Origin: Bigelowiella natans CCMP2755
Lineage: Eukaryota; Protista; Cercozoa
NCBI GenBank assembly: GCA_000320545.1
Contig: ADNK01002953.1
Coordinates: forward strand, 44,284 to 108,283
DNA length: 64,000 nt
Direction: 5' to 3'
Shown: piece by piece, positions 11,712 to 26,639 of the stretch
Layout of the letters: every line of letters begins with the position of its first letter
Position numbering within the stretch: the first letter of the stretch is position 1
Notes under the pieces: generated by a model
What the model was told of the DNA's origin: nothing
Database searches by the model: none
The model's input: the letters and a program-made list of their open reading frames with translations, nothing else
Made by a program: the position numbers and the translations under genes

Positions 11712-14700
11712 GAATTAAAAGTGGGGGGGAAATTATGTCTATAAGTAGGTTGGTTTGCTACGCAAGGTGCTTTGCGAGTAATACGAAGTTTACAACCACC
11801 TATTACTGTGTTACCTGCTTCAGCCTCGCCTCTAGTATGGCTACGACTCTCTTCTGCTTTTTCTGCTCGTTGGTGTACCCACTCTCCTTCCCCTTCTTGC
11901 TCTCATCAGTGGGACGGCTACCAGCAGCACTATTGCTCTTTGCACCCTTCCCTTTCGCGGCAGCAGCAGCAGTAGCAGCGCCAACAGGCACTGTGGTCGG
12001 GGTTGTTGATGGCGACGATGATGACTGTGCTGGATTTTTTTTGGCCAGCTCTTCCGAGGCGGTCTTCAGCTTCGCACGAAGTTGCGCGTTTTTCTTCTCC
12101 AGCTGCTCCCATTGCGTGGGCGCTCCGTTCTTTCGAGCTGATCCACCACACAGACAGACCCACCCAACGAGGAATGAACATCAACACTGAAACTTGCTGC
12201 GAAACCTCGCTATATCAGTCAATGCTATTACCAATATGTAAATATGTGTACGTATAAACTGTTTTGATGTGGTATGTCTGTGTGGAGCACAAACATATAT
12301 TTACCTTTAAATGCGGCGAGTACCCTCTTCAGCTTCTGAACTGCGCCTCGAAGCCGTGCGTTCTCCTTCTGCAGCCGAAAACAACACCGACGGCAGCACG
12401 CACGACACCAATGAGCATACTGTACACACTCAAACTCACACTCACACCACTCATTCAAGAGCTATTATTTTAGCTGCAGCTGCCAACATCTGAAAGCCAA
12501 AAGGATCGTGATCGGCTGATGACTTCTATGTGCTATTTATCAAATGGCTGTACACAGCGACAGACGTAGATAGTGTTGATTCAGCAATGATGTCGCGACC
12601 TTCAAGTCAGAGGCGCCAGCAGCAGGAGGACCACCACTTTTTTCATTCGATATCGTTCTCGTTTTCTTGTCTGTTGTTGATGTCGTCTTCGGCGTAGAAT
12701 CGACCTCGCCCCCCTTCTTCTTTTGCTGCGGCGGCTGCTTTGTGCCGCCATTTGTTTTCTTCTCCTCTCCACCCGCCCCCTTGCGCTTCCCCCCTGCCGA
12801 GGCAGGCGAATTTTTCACAGCTTTCTTCCCAGAACTTCCGCCCTTATTGTTTTTCGTGCTTTTGGTAGTGTGAGACTGCTTCTTCGAGCTACCACCTGTT
12901 TTGTTACGCTTGGTGGTGGTGGTGGTGGTGGTGGTGGTGGTGGAAGGTTTGGCTTTTGTCGCTTTTGTCGTCGTCGTCGTCTCAACTGCCTCGCCCTTCT
13001 TTTTCTGTGCTTTCCCTTTCCTAGGTCGGGGAATGGCCGACGATTTTGGTTTGGATGACTTGCTTTGCTTGATAATCTTGATGACGTCTTGTTTCTGCGT
13101 GCGCGGGGGAGGTAGGGGGGGGGAGGGAGGAAGCAGAGTTCTTAAAGGCACTGGGGATGCTGAATTGGAAGATTCAAAAACTGTAGTGTAGGCTGTTTCC
13201 TAGGAGAGCAGTAGAGCAGAGCGCACCGTTGTTTTTCGCACATTAGAAAATCTTATGAATTGCTATATTTCCCTCCTAAACTCTCTTTCTCTCTTTCTCT
13301 CGCTGTACTTGCTTCTTGAGACTTTCAACTTGTAACTGGAGCTTTTGGTTGGCTTCTTGTAGGCTTTCTGCCCTCTCCCCCTTCTGCATATACGAATTTA
13401 GTTAAGCGTACCGAGTTTAGCTACCGCCTGCTGTTCAGCATCTTTTAGCCATGTCATATACGCAACGAGCGGACAGGGTGAGAACGAGAGAGAGACGGAC
13501 GGAGGGAGGGAGGGAGAGAGAGAGAGAGAGAGAGAGAGAAAAGACGGGTAGACATCAAGAATACAGCTTTTGGACGCTATTCCTTATACACTTATCCAAT
13601 CACTATTACCGCTAGAAGGGTCTCTTGTAACCCTGCTATCTTCGCTTCCTAGGGAAAGAATAGAATCGTTGCGAAGGAAAAGACAAGTGGAAAGGGAGAC
13701 GGGTACCTTCTCCTCAAGCACGGATTCCCTCGTCACGAGAGTCTCGTTCAATTTGCTGATTTTCTCCTGGAGCTTCGTGCGCTCTTTGGCCAGCTTTGGA
13801 AGACGGAAGGAGGAGGGGCGATATCCGGCCAGGAATCGAAGCAAAGCAAAACATGTTATAAGGCTGAGTAATAGCAGTGATAGTGTGCATCATTGCGTAC
13901 CTTGTCCAGCTTCATTTCATCGTCAAGATTGAAACCGGCGGTATCCCTGAGCCGGAGGTTCTCCCTCTCCTAAGAAAGAGTCAGCAGCAGTGGTAAAGAG
14001 ATGACACAGGGGCAATTTCTGCCTCATCCCTCTTTCTCTCCTAAGGGGAAACACCGTCCTGTTTTCAAAGCTTTTATTTTGGGTAATACCGTCACTTCCA
14101 GGCGCGTCTGCAGCGAATGCAGCTCCCTCTTGAGTCGCTTTGACTGTCGTTAGAAGTTGTAGAATATTGTTATAGGTGCAAATTCTGGGGGTGGTAACCA
14201 GTGCTGCTGAGCTACTGCGGATATGGCTGCACGAGTGGTTGTTTGGGACATGTACACACCGACACATACACGCGCGCGCGCGCGCGCACACACATACACA
14301 CACACGCACACACGCACACACGTACGCACACTTCCGCACGTAAGCCTTCGTCATGTAAGTTCCTAATCTCAAAGAAAATCAGCAAGGATATGTTCGACCT
14401 GCGCGTGCAGCTCTGACTGTGTGCGCTTGGACAGCTAACCGTGGCAAATAGACAGGCTCAGTGTCGTCATTGGTGCTTACTAGCAATGTAGGAGAGCGTC
14501 TTAACATCTCAAGTTCTATCGTCTCTACGCACCCGTAAGGTAACAGCGGAAGTCTTCTTCACACGGCCGATCTCATAGATAAGACGACGATTCTCCTTCT
14601 CCACCTGCTCTCGAACACGCACAAATGGGCATAAGAACCGCTCTCACACATCTCGAAAGCACATGCGTAGAAGATCACACGGAAAGCAACCAAAGTATTG

Positions 14701-16312
14701 GATTGAAAGTGTGTAGGTATATTACATTGTCGTTAATTTTGATAGTATCACGGAGCCTGGATAACTCTTCACCAAGGCGTATATTCTCTAAGACGAGCTC
14801 ATTGCGTTTGTCTTCGTTCTGACCACATGTTTACATGTATTATAAGAATGGTTGTTCCAACGCTACTATTGTTGCTTATGTATATTCAGGCTTGCTAACC
14901 GAGGCTGCTGCTCTTTTCATCTCGAGAGACTGCCGGTATTGCTCGAGCTCTTCCTCCAGCACAGCTTTCCTCTCTCGAAACTCCTGAGAGATGAGATGAC
15001 AACATGAGTGGGGCTGAAAACGATGGGACGCATCGTCGACGACGAGCCTGGATATATACACACGTCTGCGCTTGGAAAAAGCATGTAGCCACTTCGATTC
15101 ATTGAGAAGAAGAGATCAATAGTAACTGTACAAGCAACAGCATAGAGGACAACCAACAGCATTACGAATGCACCTTGTCCAATTTTTTGAGGAATTCCTC
15201 GGCCCGTGCGAAGTACATCTGACCAAAAGTAGAAAGTGCAAAGAATAAAGGTCAAAACCAATCCCATAGGGAGAGACTTTCCGCGTTTGCGGGTGTCTTT
15301 GCGATGTGCAGCCGACGTTATACCTCGTCCTTGACAGAGCTTGTCCTGGCGTAAGAGTAGGCTCTTCTGAGCACCGCAATATTACTTGTTGGTGATGACG
15401 ATGGCTGTGAAAGTCCCATTTCGCCATGATTGACACCGCTAATAGTACTACTGTGGCTAGTACTATCATCTCTGTGGTATATCATTGACTTGCTGCTCTG
15501 ATCAGCGGAGGACATGTCGTTGGTTTTCACTGCGGAGTGAACGGTATTTTCGACCGTGGGAGCTGTAGCTTGATGGGAAGTAGCAGCCACAGCGCCATCA
15601 CCCGCATTTTTATTTCCGTCGCTACGGTTGTCGTCGCTGCCTCCGCCAATATTCAGTGAAAGCCGAGACATCTGATTGTATTGCGTTGGATGAATGGGGA
15701 AGGGGTGTCTCAATGATCGATCGATGGAGATGAGGAGTACATTCGATGCTCGTGTAGAGGGCCTTGAGTTGTTGACGTGCGACTGAGGAGAATATCCCGG
15801 TGTAGTCGATAGCGGGGCCAGCTTGCCTTCCCAGGTTGCATGCTGCTGCGATGATGACGGTTTGTCAGCATCTCTTCCTCCCCCCACCCGCGTTTCCACC
15901 CGCGTTGGACTGGAGGGCGTATGATCCAGATGTGGCAACATTCCTTAATCTGTTCCCCCGCTAAACTTCTTCTCTCCCTGATTCATTGGCACGAAAGATA
16001 AGTAAAGAACTGAGGAATTACCCCTTACAGCGATAGGTAATATAGGGTAACATGCCATTGATGCTTCGTTCGGTGCCTATCGCGACGAAATTCGGTGGAT
16101 TTTCCTCCCACTCGCCTTTGTACAATGGTTAGCGGAAAATAGGTAAGCAGCATTGCACCTTTTGTGAAGACTGACGCCCAGCAACGAAGGGGGGACTTGG
16201 CCCCATCCCCGATCCTACTAAAGCGTCGGTTACCGAAAACGACAGCGGAACGAAAAGGACAGGGGTTACTTGGTTTCGTCGACTCTGCATCCATCTGCGA
16301 CATGGAGTTCAC
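7563..16312 (-). CDS. Large N-terminal coiled-coil / low-complexity protein with C-terminal Sel1-like (SLR) repeats, multi-exon
   Basis: Many Sel1 repeats, e.g. AQARLGDCYLEGVGVE..KKAFKWYKRA, AMNNLGICYDEGAGV and AQNNIAACYYEGLGVAKDVEKAKFWFQEAADQG; stop at 7563-7565. Exons were traced in frame upstream through about 8.0-8.75, 8.97-9.27, 9.41-9.6, 9.8-10.5, 10.76-11.3, 11.5-11.57, 11.8-12.14, 12.3-12.35 and 12.6-13.2 kb. Coiled-coil exons continue at 13.3-15.1 kb. The 5' exons at 15.3-16.3 kb are less certain. Confidence 0.85.
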
Positions 16313-16968
16313 CTTGTCGCACGCGCCTAAAATTCCGGTTCAGTCCGGATCCCAAACGACGACATTTTTGTGTCAACATTCCTAGGATGTTCCCCGCTGT
16401 ATTGATACGCGAACACTAGCCCTTTCTCTTTCCTGCTTTGTTTCCGCATAAATCGGACGGGATCGTTGTCGCAGGCAGTAAATCCCATCGGTTTTCCCTC
16501 CGTTGTCCGACGAAGCTCGAAACGGAACGAGGAGAGTTTCCACCCCCAACCCGGTCGAGGAAGGAGGAGAGTTATACAGACCTGGCGAAAGAACTCGACA
16601 GTATCGTGTGACTTTATCCGTGCTTGCATTCTAGCAATCAGTTATGAGCCACCACCGGAGACATCATGGTATTCCTATGGGCTTAGGGGGGGGGCAGAAG
16701 TAGTCCCTCTTGTTAATCATCTAAATCGAACGGATGGCCTCAAGAGAGTTCTCGTTTCTTGTGGTCTTATTTTTGTGGATCGAAGAGATTCTGATTGTCT
16801 CCCTAAACATACAAATCCAAAGGAGGTCGCCACCATGGGAAGCAGACGTTGGAACAAAAGAAAACTGAAGTAAATCTCGGCAGGAAGGTGTGCAGCAGAA
16901 GGCTTGGAGTGCCAAAATTGGAACCCTTTGGGCGTCATCATATTTCGAGATAGTTTTGATAGCGACCG

Positions 16969-17086
16969 ATGGAGGCCAAACTAATACTGTCCCTCCTTTG
17001 TGTTGACCCTCCCTTGCATCTCTTGATTCTGACAGGCTTTTTCTATTGCGGAGCTCACGAAAGTCTACAGAGAAACTCAGTCAGGG

Positions 17087-17156
<70 letters not shown>

Positions 17157-17664
17157 ACAGACACACACACACACGCACACACACACACACACACACACAT
17201 AAATACATACACTCACACAAACACAAGCTCACATCGTATTATGCACATATATGTATACATATACATTTAACGCTATGAATTAGGGACCTGTCAACGAAGA
17301 GAGTCTTCTTTCAATACTCCTCAAGTGTGATATGGACGAAATAGAGGTGATATGCTACCAAATATTAGCACGTGCTCTCAGTACTTCAATTATATTCTCT
17401 ATATGCAAGACCCTCCTCCACACACTTCCCGAGTTATCCCCTTTCCACCTTCCCCCAGGCTTCCACGTACGCAAGAGATTTCTTCAGAAAGAGAAGCGAA
17501 AGCGACTTTGAAGAATTCTGCGAAGAGTGGACACGGATGAATAACTTCAAGTGAGACCACACGGGGAGGGGGACGGCAGGCAGGGAAGGGAGGGTTGTTG
17601 GAGCATGTTCCACAGATGCATGAATCTCTATAACTCTGAGCAATCATCATGGCATCTTTTCACG

Positions 17665-17739
<75 letters not shown>

Positions 17740-17858
17740 ACCACTTTGCAGGGTTGTGCAGCTTATCTCCAAGGAATTCCGCCGCATTGATAAGAATAAT
17801 GATAATTCTCTGTCTAAAAAGGAGCTGTACGCGGTAAGCAAGATCGATCGTTCTCTTT

Positions 17859-17908
<50 letters not shown>

Positions 17909-18188
17909 GTGATAGCCACGCGCTCACAATAACGTTGATTTAGAAGACATAAACCTTGCGTTACGCATTCGACCCAGAGAGCGCGTTCACCCTCTAGCGA
18001 CAAATCTTTACATCTTATGATTCAATGCCATTCATTCATCTTTCCACCTTCATTCCTCCTGACTACGTAGTACTTCAAGCTGCATATGGACGACAAGGTA
18101 AAAGGGGTGAAGGGGGGGGAGGCAGTAGGTTTTAGTCAAACTTAATCTGGGAGCGAGAAACATAGCGCAAAGGAAGGCCGTGTCTTGT

Positions 18189-18225
<37 letters not shown>

Positions 18226-18804
18226 ATATAACGATGATGGTTTTGCAAGCGTTATCTTAGAAGAAAGATTTCTCATGTTCATCATCCATTTCTGCTTCTT
18301 ACGTGCGTTTACACATACCTGCGTATATAATACGCGCAGATTGCACTCGAGCAAATCGACCAGATTTTCGAGATTGTAGACATTGACGAGTCAGGAGGTA
18401 CGACGCGAGTGATGAGTGTAGGCTGGCACTTGGAAGAGCATGCTGAGTAGTCGTGAGAAAGCATACAGATTTCCGTCCTCACTGAACATTTGTTCTTTGT
18501 AAGAGGCAAGGGGGGGGGATTAGAGAGACACGAAATAATTTCTATATGACGGCACCCTACATCCATCGATAGATTCAACACCTAAATGGCTGCTCTGCAG
18601 GAGAAAACCTGTCGTTGTTTACTGGCGTTTCTTCTTCTTTTTTTTTAATTCCGGTTTTGGAAGATCGGCAAATAACATCCTTCTTTTCCGCACTTCTTCT
18701 GCGCTTTAGGCGTGACCCCGTATGAGCTGCGGATGTGGTAAGTGGCACCTCCTCGAATGGGACAACGAACACAGATAGATACAAAAATGATACATGCATC
18801 AAAG

Positions 18805-18841
<37 letters not shown>

Positions 18842-19424
18842 CATGCTGCAAGTGCCTGGATGTTGTTGTCATTTTGAATAGCTAATAATCGCATCACATC
18901 ACTAGTACAGCAATGATACCACCGCCACTCGTCTTTGCGTGTTTCCTGATGCCATCATCATCGTCGGCTACTGTTATTGTTGTTCGGCCGCAGGTACCGG
19001 AACTCGATATTAAAAGGCAAGATTCCTAAGAGAAAGCCAAAGCCAAAAGCGGCAAAGGGTACCGTGTATCACGAATAACACATATAATACAGTATGCATT
19101 AGTAGATGGGGCAATTAATGCTCAGCTTCACAATTCCTCGTGCGCAAATACACGCACACACACACACACACACTCACACAAATGAAAGTATATCATTTTG
19201 AAAGTAACATTATCACACCTCAGCAAGCCGTCCTCGGAAGGATCGCAATCGGAAGGCACATGCAACCTCCCGTACAGAGCACAAGGAGAACGTCAGCCCC
19301 CACCTTTCCCTGGCTGACAGGGTGCATCTGGTGAAGCAAAGTGAGAAGCTCAGCAAGAAGAAGCTCAAAATGGAGGAGCTGAAGCGCAGTTTCAAAATGT
19401 GCGTACTTGTGTGTATGTGTATGT

Positions 19425-19457
<33 letters not shown>

Positions 19458-20074
19458 ATGCCTTGCACGCGGTCATGCATATCAGAGATCTGATGGAGTG
19501 TTCTTTGTGTTGTTTCTGGAGAGCGACGTAGTTTAATGATGTCTGTGCTTTTCCGTTCATAGTAGTGGTTTACAACGATGTAGCTCTGATATTATTAACG
19601 CATCCCTCCACCACCGCCACTACTACTTCAACTCCCCGTAGGATGAATAAGAACAACAACCAAGGGCCGGGGTCATTTTATTTGACCAAATTCGAGCTCC
19701 AGGTTGGTCATTTCCAGAGCTCAATTTTCATTCCAAACGAGAAGTGAGGGAGGGAGAGAGAGAGAGGGAGAAAGGGGAGACCGATAAAGAGAGATTGATA
19801 TTCAAGTAAATATGCCCGATCTTCTGGATGCGTTTGTACACACGCATCTGTGGAGGTTGATATGTGCGGAAATCTTCCTCCTGATCCAGTTGCCCCCCCT
19901 CCGCTGTCTTGCTCCTCATGCCCTCTCTCCTTCCCAACAGGGGCTGATGTACCTTGCGGGGCTTGAAGCTGCTATTTCTACGAAGCTTGTTGACGATTTT
20001 ATGCTGCTCGTCGAGTATGAAGGGGGGGAGGGGCGCGTAGGATGCTGCCATGGGGGAATTAGAAAAATAAGTTG

Positions 20075-20111
<37 letters not shown>

Positions 20112-20114
20112 CTG

Positions 20115-20156
<42 letters not shown>

Positions 20157-20288
20157 ATAACCGTAAATGAGAATCATGGTGTGACACTTTGAATACAGGA
20201 AGCAGCAAGGAACGACGAAGAATATCAAGGTTATCATTGTCAAGTTTACCATCCTTCCCCCTCCCCCCTTTGCCTCCCCGCTCTATAT

Positions 20289-20330
<42 letters not shown>

Positions 20331-21172
20331 TGCGTGTTTCTTCCTCCTCCTAACTATAACTTCGAATTTCAATTTTGAAAAGAGGAAGAACACAGCAGTT
20401 GCAGTGAATACACACAGTCACTTGTTTGTCCGTGCTGATGCTACCATTGCAACGGCACGGATGATTGACATTTATAGTTGCCCTGAGTAGCGGCACCAAC
20501 AGCTGTTTACTGGCCAGAAATGCCCTCGACATAAATTGTTCTCATCGCGATTTCTCACACTACTGCATTCTACTAAGCGACGGCGTTATCCTATCATCAA
20601 TTTGCGTTGAAATAGCAGCCGTCCGCATTGTTTCTACTTAATAATGCAGGTCCACTTCGAGGACTTCTGTCGCGAATTCTTGAAGATCCAGATGAATAGC
20701 GTGCGTGACATATGAGCCCATCATCATCACCATCATCATCGTCGTCATCGTCGTCCCAAGCTGCGCGCATACGACAACCACAAATCCACACACAAGGTGA
20801 TGCATGCTGCTGCTGACTACTGCGCGAAATCAAACCTTGCAGGCTCTGAATGAACTGCGAAAGACCTTTCTGGAGGAAAGGAATAAGAATAAGAACGCTC
20901 GCTTCACCGTCAAAGCTATTACGGTCGTTGGCTTAGTAGTCAAGATCAGAGGGGCTGGGGAGAGACATAAGAGATGGGGCACGATGATGATATGCATAAT
21001 ATTTTTCTTCGTCAATTGCTCTCCCCCTCCTTCTCCTTCTCCTCCTCGTCTTCACCGTCTCCCCCCTCTCTATTCTTATGTTTCTTTATCGCTGACCACC
21101 GCATTCGACCCGGCTCTCTTGGCATCTCTGTCGTCCTACAGGCACTGCTGAAAGAGGTGAGACGACTTTATG

Positions 21173-21215
<43 letters not shown>

Positions 21216-21866
21216 ATAAGAGAAAAAGTCAGAGAAAGAATGCAACACATTCATGTTCTCCTCCTATTTCCTCCCCCCGTGTGCTCTCCTCCTGTCCTCA
21301 TCATTGCAAAATCATCGACAGGTGCACACGCTCGAGTTCCGCAACAAGGAGATCTCCGAAATGCTGGACAAGTTGGATGAGGACCACGTATGTAGCAGAA
21401 CCTCTGTCGTCGTGTTTTGCTGCTCTAAAGACGTCGTGTGACGAATTGATGAAAGCACGAAATCAGTTAAATAGATCTGTATGTAAAATCATATTATGAC
21501 TCTCTTCGCCAGGATGGAGAAATCACGTGGGAGGAGTTTTCGCACTGGTATAGTCGGTTGACTTCTAGGTATGATCCTCCTCCTCCTCCTGCTGCTGCTG
21601 ATAATGATGATGAAGAAGGAGAAGAAAATGATGATGATGATAATGATGACGATGTTGCTTCCAAAGATGGCAACAATGGCCATGGCGAGTGCAGCTGGAC
21701 AAGATATCGATGTTAGCAGCCTCGGTACAAAGAGTTTATCATCTCGTCACGCCCCTCCTTTTTTCACTTCTCTCGCAGATACGCTCGCACCGCGGCCTCT
21801 GTGCCCATCCGCACGAATATCAACAAGTCGCTGTTTCACCACACCAGCTGGCATCCTCTCGGGAAG
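16969..21866 (+). CDS. EF-hand calcium-binding region; probably the 5' half of one gene that continues into the transglutaminase-like region
   Basis: Spliced micro-exons give EF-hand loops DKNNDNSLSKKE (17752-17833), DIDESG|GVTPYE (18364 onward) and DEDH|DGEITWEE (21322-21387 joined to 21513 onward). The start codon is uncertain. Confidence 0.75.
17091..17225. repeat. Compound (CT)n(CA)n microsatellite, representative of dozens of intronic (TA)n/(CA)n/(GA)n/trinucleotide tracts in the window
   Basis: Directly visible. Other examples: (TA)n at 17668-17736, (GA)n at 8851-8886, (TTG)n at 50358-50406. Confidence 0.98.
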
Positions 21867-22591
21867 GTGCGGCTGTGCACGCTGCGCTTTGACGACTTTG
21901 CAGTCGCGCGCGAACACGCGTTAGAATAGAACCTGATTGTTCAAAGGAGGAAGCAGGGAGAGGGGGGTTTTAAAGTTTGGAACCTTCTCTGGAGCAAGAC
22001 ACACATAGAGAGAGAGAAAGAGAGAGAGAGAGAAGAAGGAGGAGGAGGGTAGCTGGGTAGAGGGGGAGGGCAGGAAACGTTCGATAGCACACAAACAAGA
22101 GAGGAACAAAAGTTGGGGCTCGGTGAGATATTGAAACCTTGAGGAAGGTGATAGGGATTTTGCAAAACACAACGCTATTACTCAAGAAGAAGAAGCTATT
22201 TCTGATTGCTACCCAGCAAGATGATCATCAACCGGGCGTCTTAATAAAAACTAAATACATCGGTGGATGTGAAAATTTGTGTACAGGTCATAGCTTTCGG
22301 GATCGAGGGGACGATGGTTGCATCAGTGGCGCCGAGCGATGTGAGAAATCACGGAAGAAAAGCATAAAAATACATAACAAATTAAAAAATCACGTTTATA
22401 TCGTGTATATCCTATTAGTAAGTCGAAGATGTCGCGAGATTATCGTTTTTTTCGGTCCGTATTTAATTTGTTTTGGGAAAAAGGCTGATGATCCGCAACA
22501 AAAATTTATCGATTTACCTTCGTTCTTGGAGATGAATGCTGCGTCGCGCGTGTATCCGTAGAGAACGCCTCCTAATATGTGCCAAACTAGG

Positions 22592-22780
22592 CTGCGGTCC
22601 TTGGCCACACATGCTGGGAGCTATGGGGTTCCATCGCTCTGAACAAACCGCACGGACTAGAGTAAACCATCGTCGTGCCCTAACAAAAGATGACAACGAC
22701 GACGGCAATGATGATTATGATGATGATTATGATGATGACGAAGTAGCTATGTGGTGATTCCTAGGAGATGATAGAGAAGC

Positions 22781-22818
<38 letters not shown>

Positions 22819-23982
22819 ATATCAATTCATTGCGATTAAGTAAACACTGATGCGTTCATCAGCGAAACTGAGCCGTACAAACTGGGTACTGCCATCGTAC
22901 ACTGGTATGAGAAAAAGGTGGGGAACAGGCGACAACAACAACAACAACAACAACAATTACCAACGTAGCGAAATGAATGCAGAGACCTCTAAATCACATA
23001 CACACGATGATGATAACAGCCATTAACGACGACGGATGAGAGATGGATGTGGTCGATCACATCTCTGTGCGTATGTTGTTTCGCATCTTCCTTGCGCTCA
23101 AATCCCTATGCCGCGTTGTTCTCCAGCCTAACTTCAACGATCTCCGGCCGTTACTTCGACTGAGGAAGGGGGGGCTACGGAAGTGTAGGACCGTCACAGA
23201 GCTTGCACAGGGTGCTCAATGATGTCCAACATAGCAATCTAATGTCTCGTGCAGCATTCATACGTCGAGAGAGCTTCAATAGCTTTCTTTCCCTTGCGCA
23301 CACAACCACAAACAGTCGTTGATGTATTCACGGGGCGGGTACCGAATACGAAAAGGCGAGATAATAGTTTTTTGGGTTGGGAAGCAACACAAACAACAAA
23401 TGCCGCCGCGAGATGATCGATATGATGACCCAACGGTGATGTGAAGAGCGAGAGGACAGTTTTTGATGGCCAATTCTCGGCATCATCAGGTTTGGGCGTT
23501 GAGAAGATGCACGCATTAGAGAAGGCTCAGGCTGCGTACATGTGGGTAACCGAGAATGTTCGCTTTATGGATGGGAAGGTATTCATTATCACCCACTAAC
23601 TCAGTGAGTGAGTTTGTGTGTGTGTACGCGCGCGTGGTAGCATGGAGACATTATGTGTTTTTTCCATCGAGAAAATTACATCGAAAGACAATCGAGTACT
23701 CTCTCTCCATATCCTCTACGTCTTTCCGTTCAATGCTCGGACTTCCCCGTCTTTTCTTTAGTCGTCGGCGGCGGTGGATGTAAACGAGATCATTACGCGA
23801 AAAATAGGCAACTCACTGGGTACAGTTAAGGAGATCGTAGGAGTAGCAGTAGGAGAAGTAGTAGTAGTAGTAGCAAAGAGGGTGATGATGCTGCAAATGG
23901 CATAGTTTGTGGATACTCGCGGATTATGGAGATCGATCCATCTTTCTCGTCGCCAACATGAACAAGCTCACGCGCGCCCGTC

Positions 23983-24024
<42 letters not shown>

Positions 24025-24142
24025 AAGGCCTTCTTCCTCTTCTTCATAGGTATAGCGACGCTGCTTAAGCAGGTCATGGACAAGCTAGGAATCGCTTGCA
24101 TGGTTATTGAGGGGAAGTCACGGTACCACAAGCACGCGCACG

Positions 24143-24175
<33 letters not shown>

Positions 24176-25250
24176 TCACATACATTTCCAACACATGGCG
24201 CAACCTCACACCGCGAAAGAAATAGGTAGTGTCAGGGGGGGTGATGCATATAGCAAAAAGACAGGCGAGATAGAGAAAGATTTCTTCGTTTCTTCCATAT
24301 CCACATCCCCTCGTCGTATTCGTAGTAGGTAGTTGTTGTTTGCTGATGCGTTGTGTCCCTGCCCCTCCCCGTGCCCCCTACTCTCTTCTGAAAGGTTCAA
24401 CCATGCTGGCGAGCCCATAAAGCATTAGTCAGTGCCACGGGGGATTGGGATGATGATGATAATGATAATGATGATGAAAGCAAGATGATGTTTGATTATA
24501 AATGATGGAGTTTAGTATACAATACGTTAGTGATGGTGGCAGAATGAATCAGCACGTGTCCCTCATCCTTCCTCCTCTCTCCATCCCTATTCATTGTTCA
24601 TGCTGCGAGTCTTTCTTCCTTCTCTTGAAAGTGTTGGGTGCGCATTTCGTAAATTAAACAATTCGTCGTTTCATTGTCGTCTTTGCCGTTGTACCATCGT
24701 CGCTACTATTCTGGATCTTCTTCAAATGTTGGCTGTTACAGCTGGAATGGCATCTTGCTGATGCATCATGGTACAAAGTGCCACATACTAGAGATTTATT
24801 CCTTCATAAACCTTTTTCATCGGCATATATGCCAGAAAAAGCCAGTGTTTTTGTCGTGGCCTGCTGAGGCAGGCACACGTGCCTGACGGCAAATTGACAC
24901 ATTTTATTCCGATGACGAAAATCCAAGACTTTACCTGATTCTGAGTCGCCACCTGTCCTCATCCTCTGACCAAAAGTCGGGGGGGGGGGGGGGGGTTTGG
25001 GAGCTGTGAAGGACCATCCAATTATTTTTGGGAAAACAAACCCTTTAGCCCGGGCACAAATGCCCACCTTTCCGCATGAGTTAACCCCCATTTGCTTCCC
25101 CCCCCCCCCCTCCCAACCCCCTGTTTTTCTATGATCTTAGGCATGCTACGTTGGAGCCTAATGGATGCTGCGATGGCGATAGAATATGTAACAACAACAA
25201 CTTCAAGAGTAGTAGGAGGAGACAGGGAAGGGAGAACTGAATGACATGTG

Positions 25251-25291
<41 letters not shown>

Positions 25292-25766
25292 ATATATAAA
25301 TATGTGCAGATGCCAAAGATGCAGGGGCGGAACTTTGGCCAAAGTGCGTATTGATTCATGCATGCATGCATGCATAAATAGTGCGTCACACCCCCCCCCC
25401 CTTCCCCCCCCCTAGCATATTAAAAATCGGTACACACGCATGTCCAAGTCCTGTGCGTTTTATTGACACAACAAATGTGCTGCCACTGATTCCAGGCATC
25501 TTCTTCCTCCAACATCCACTCCATTTCGCGGAGACGGTAAAATAAAAGAGAGATTTTGAACGTTTGAAAGCGGCTAATCGAAAGAACAAATCCACAGCAT
25601 TTCCCGGAGAAACTTCACCAGAGGCCGGAAGAGCTTAATGTCGTGGCGGTCAAAGTCAACGTAATAATATACAATGATCGTGATACTACGCACGAAAATG
25701 ATGATGAAAATGAAATTGTACAGTGAGAGCATTTGGCTGGGGGGAGAATGGATAATTATATACATG

Positions 25767-25816
<50 letters not shown>

Positions 25817-26401
25817 TGATAAATTCCAGGTGGAAACATTTGAGCGCAAGCCAGAAATGCTTCAATTCCTCGATGTGGTACTGCGACTTAGACCGAGAAA
25901 TTTAAGAAAGAAGGCGCCTTCGAGCGGCCTCGTTATTATGGCGAGGGAGGAAGATATTGATCATGCGGAATAATAGGAGAGATCGATGACTTTCTTCGTT
26001 AGCTCTGTGTTTTGATAGTGTGTGATGGTTGTGCCTGCTGTGCTTCTTTCTCCTCCTGCTTTCTGATGATTCTTCTTCTGGCATTAAATTGCCGTCATTT
26101 GTGCGCTCGTCAGCCACTTCGGTATGCGGAATTCGAGGAAAGCATCTTGGAGCCAGCGTAACCAAAGCACTTTCTCAATAGTTGATAGATGATCTTAATG
26201 AAGCATTTGTTGTTGAGAAAATGGAATAGACGTGGCTGGTTATTGTTTATTTTTTCATTCTTTCCTTCTTTTTTCCTTCCTTTCTTCCTTCGTCGTTGTC
26301 GGGTTGTAATTGACCGCCCTTTTCCTAGCATCGAGTATTACGAGAATAAAGTTCATGCCCGAATAACCGAAGACCAATTCGAGGAGAAAGGAACGGTCAC
26401 C

Positions 26402-26463
<62 letters not shown>

Positions 26464-26599
26464 TTGTGTGTGTTAGTCGCCCTAGATGCCGATGATTTCA
26501 GAAGCCCAAAAGAGACGAATGTAGCAGAGGGAGAAAAGAGATGATGATCGCACCAATTTCTTGAATAGTTCCACGTGCATGGACTTCGCCTGAATGCAT

Positions 26600-26639
<40 letters not shown>

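Noticed and set aside
12440-12495. Apparent in-frame TGA (MLAAAAKIIALE*) inside the Sel1 gene, suggesting readthrough or a non-canonical donor
   Set aside because: The flanking exons (..ASDLK | KENARLRG..) join in phase if this block is intronic. There is no evidence for recoding.
17600-18003. ORFs with poly-YI, HT, CV, ER or SL runs (here and throughout the window)
   Set aside because: They are translations of intronic dinucleotide microsatellites.
24050-24310. A minus-strand reading (GYGRNEEIFLYLACLFAI...YFFRG) resembling a degenerate PPP phosphatase
   Set aside because: The plus strand over the same region gives in-phase GT-AG exons with much stronger transglutaminase-like motifs, so the minus-strand reading is treated as chance.
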